Part shown: in pieces, positions 60,499 to 64,000 of the stretch
Layout of the letters: every line of letters starts with the position of its first letter
Position numbering within the stretch: the stretch's first letter is position 1
Assembly: GCF_033153115.1 (NCBI RefSeq)
Contig: NW_026889805.1
Coordinates: forward strand, 3,410,001 to 3,474,000
Length of the DNA stretch: 64,000 bases
Source of the DNA: Saccostrea echinata
Lineage: Eukaryota
Direction: 5' to 3'
Notes under the pieces: model-generated
Seen by the model: the letters and a program-made list of their open reading frames with translations, nothing else
Told to the model about the DNA's origin: nothing
Databases searched by the model: none
Program-made: the position numbers and the translations under genes

Positions 60499-63400
60499 AT
60501 TTGTAAACTCAGATTATGCGAAATTGAATCAATGCTGAGCTAGATTAATTGCTTTCTATTATCACCATTGTGTAGACTAGCTATCTCAACAGCCTGAATG
60601 ATTTCTCCATTATCATATAAATTAGCTGTTTATTAATTAATCTATATAAGAATGTCTAATATTCACTGAATTCAGCACTTTCAGAAATAACACATTAAAA
60701 TAAATTTGAGGTAAAATAAGATATAAATATTCAAATCAATAACTGATTTCACAGATGTGGACACAAACCACGCTAAAATCTGACGAAAATACACATATGA
60801 CATCCAATCACAGTAGTTAATTTCATTTTAAATTCCTCATTAAATATTCATCATCAAAAAACAATGGGTTTTTTCCTCTACATAAAATGAATTCCTTAAC
60901 ACCACAACGCTTTCAATCTTAAGAGGTGGATCATCAAATTTGTTTGTTCATCCAGGCCGCCAGTATGATCACTGATAATCCTGTCATTCAGAGTCTGGTC
61001 ACTAAATACACACACAACATCACCTGGAGTACATTCCAGCAAACTCAATTTACTCCCTATTACTTCCGGTCAATGAATGTAATGTATCCCTCCAACACTA
61101 CAGTACTATCTACACTGTGTTAGCTAACCCGACCATTAGCTGCTGTGTTTATTCCCTCTGAACTTTGACCTTCAGGGAAGACACCAGGAAATGTTATTGT
61201 TTACAAGTAAAAACAACATTAAAACAAAGACTTTCATTATATCAATGTTGGTAGGCTTTGTTAAGCTCTCATCTAAGCCACATCCTGTATATAGATTTAT
61301 ACAGTCATATATTACAGATCCTTCTCTGCAGATTACACTAGTGACCCGACTAAACCCCAAAAACATGTATGACCACAACTCATCCGTCTTTGTAGGCTAC
61401 CTATGCATTTATATCTCTCTCAATAAAGAAAAAACACAAAACACATTAGGTTTCCAGCAAGCCAGCCTTGTAATCAATCCGACATTCCAGAAAAATAAAA
61501 CCTTTAGGCTTTAATATCCTTACGTCACTTTCCTCTGGCAAATAATTGCCAAGTAACTGATGTGAAATAAAGATACATTCTGTGACAGATTATTAGACAG
61601 GTTTAGGCATACTACTTCTTTTATTTGAATGGATACTGACAAAAATGATATAAATCAGATTTAATGCATTTTAGCTGATTATTTTTTGTTTATAATCAAT
61701 TTCCTTAATCCCAAAGGAATAATTTTTTTTACCCCTTTTCTTAATTGCAAAAATAAAGGTTTGCTGTTAAAACCCAAAAGAAATCAAACTAGTCAGTAGG
61801 TAAAGAGAGCTATTGTACACAAAACTGAAAGGGGCTTGGTAGTGAAATATTTACCTGTTTAAAAAAGTGATAAAATATTCAGAATTATTGTGATGGTTCA
61901 CGGCACGACTGACACCTGACTGATTTGTGTGGCCTGCGTGTAATGCATATATCTCATATGAAATCAAAACCTTATAGATTTCAGTGCATCAGATGACTAA
62001 TAATCCATGAAAATAAATTACAGGAAGGATAAGTTATTCAGTCATCTTTTTTTTTTCTATGATGCACATTCACGCTATATAATGACACTGCTATGAGGAG
62101 ATATTTAAGGCACCTACTTGACAACATGTGATCACCATCGTTGCCACATGTTGTTGTACATACTTCAAAGACAACAGACAACAGACTGATACCAAGAAAC
62201 CTGAGGAAGAGATGAGCTGAAACATAAACTTAATCTTTATGTTCTAAGGAAAGCATCCAAAAAAACATGGGAGTTTTAAATGACTCAAAGGGAAGATCTA
62301 GCCATCAGCTGGATTTTAATTCAGTCAACAATGGACGTGTTTTATGACATTCAGTTTGATTTCTATTAAGTATTGGTAAGCACCTTTTTATGTACAGTAT
62401 TACTAGTATATATATAATTTCTTGTTTTATTTAACTATCAGACATAAAACAATCTACGCCACTGGTATAAGAATATAATTTATAGATATTACTATAATGC
62501 TAAAAATATAAGAATTTCAAAGTTTAACGTGACCAGCAGATAATCATTATCTAAACTCACTAATCTCATAGTCTTTACTTTAAAAAAGAACTGTTTAAAA
62601 AAAAAAATTACAAAAAAATCTGAAAGAAAAAAAATGTGACAAACTGTTTCCAAAATAAATTCAGCAGACTCCAAAGCTCTTATTGCTAAACCTATCAATA
62701 AATACTTCTAGAGTAACTAAATTATATATACTGATACCTATGAACTGAGAATTTAGTAACATTCAATCTTTATAGAATATCTTTACAATGTTTTACAATA
62801 CAGTCCAAAAATGACATATATGAGAATGATTTGTTATCTGCATAGATCTGTAAATAATATCAAATCCAAGAAGTTGAAACTCAATGACAACAGCTCTACC
62901 ACGACTTTCAGGAAATAACAATTAGATTATCACATAATCAGACATTATGATCCAATTAAAAATTTGCATATTTCAGGGAAAGACGAATGACATAACCGAA
63001 ACAGAAACTTCAAGATGACTCCGTCATGACACACAGTCATGTCGGAGTTATCCTCCTTTACAACCAACTGTAATGGATCCAAGGACACCACCGTTACATT
63101 CATAAAGCAATGATTGCTAAAGATCGACTTTGTCAATGTTACAAAGAAGGAAACCAATGCCATAAATTCCTATGAAGGTAAATACATGAATAGATATAGG
63201 AATAATAACCTAATTTAATTAAAATAGCAGTGTTGGTATATATACAGGTTACATTTTCTACAGGTATTAATTTCTAGCCTTAGAGAGCTAATTTAAACAC
63301 TTGAAAATGATTTGAAACAAAGTTCAAAACATAGTAGTGTGACACTTAATTTTCCTAGAAGGCTCTACAACTTAACCCATGACCAACAAAAAAAAAAAAA

Positions 63401-64000
63401 AAGAGTCTTTAATAGACATGCATTGCACACTCCTAAGTTGTAGCTAGTTAAGTAGCTAGTTTCTATGAAATTTTAAGTTTTATACTCCAGTTTACAAACC
63501 AAAATAAATGTGGAGTATCAGCTTGAGATAAGATAAATAAAAAAAATTGAACTTCAATGAATTCACCCTTAGTGTGAACTCTAAAGAAAATATTTGACAG
63601 TTTTTTTCAAACAGAAAGTACAGATGTGTAAGACAAATAACACAACATTTAAGTCTTTATATGAAATATACTTTGTCTACTTTCATTTATAAGCTAGTAA
63701 TATTATGTGTAACTCCTCAATATTGTTTTTCACTTTCTAAATGAATATTTGTATAAAGTGAATTAGTCCGTTACAATTCTGTTCCACACTTAAGAAATGT
63801 ATCTTGCAGGTATAACTACTAAAACTTTAAGGCATCTATTCTAACACTTCCATCTGAAGTAACTGTTTAAAACACCAACTAACAGTAATTGTTCAAATCT
63901 TTTACTTGTTCTTTCCTTAGATATAGAACTGTAATCACATGACTCTGTTAACACTTTCCATTTTATTACTCAAAGGATATATCCCAGAACAAGCTCTACT

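Noticed and set aside
62945-63163. 72-aa minus-strand ORF as another first exon
   Set aside because: No recognisable homology and no clear phase-2 donor to join 58571.

Overview
AT-rich eukaryotic genomic DNA. The repeat families look bivalve, most likely oyster; this is inferred from recalled repeat architecture, not from a search. Almost the whole window is one minus-strand, multi-exon gene encoding an RH-RhoGEF of the ARHGEF11/ARHGEF12 (PDZ-RhoGEF/LARG; Drosophila RhoGEF2) type. I assembled by hand a phase-consistent, all-GT-AG model of 41 coding exons (60498 to 1959, 5496 nt, about 1831 aa) with domain order PDZ - coiled coil - RH/RGS-like - C1 - DH - PH - coiled coil - acidic tail ending SPV. 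Introns carry many non-autonomous DNA elements (hAT-like, Tc1/mariner-like and PIF/Harbinger-like), Helentron-associated satellite-carrying elements, SINE and Penelope-like remnants, and minisatellites. Two patterns stand out. (1) Several candidate phase-1 alternative first exons sit inside the 16.5-kb intron that splits the PDZ domain and would give PDZ-less isoforms with different N-termini. (2) Exon-intron junctions are repeatedly copied into local tandem repeats; the largest is a 49-bp array that multiplies one splice donor about 12 times. No prokaryotic-type system, CRISPR array, tRNA or rRNA was seen.
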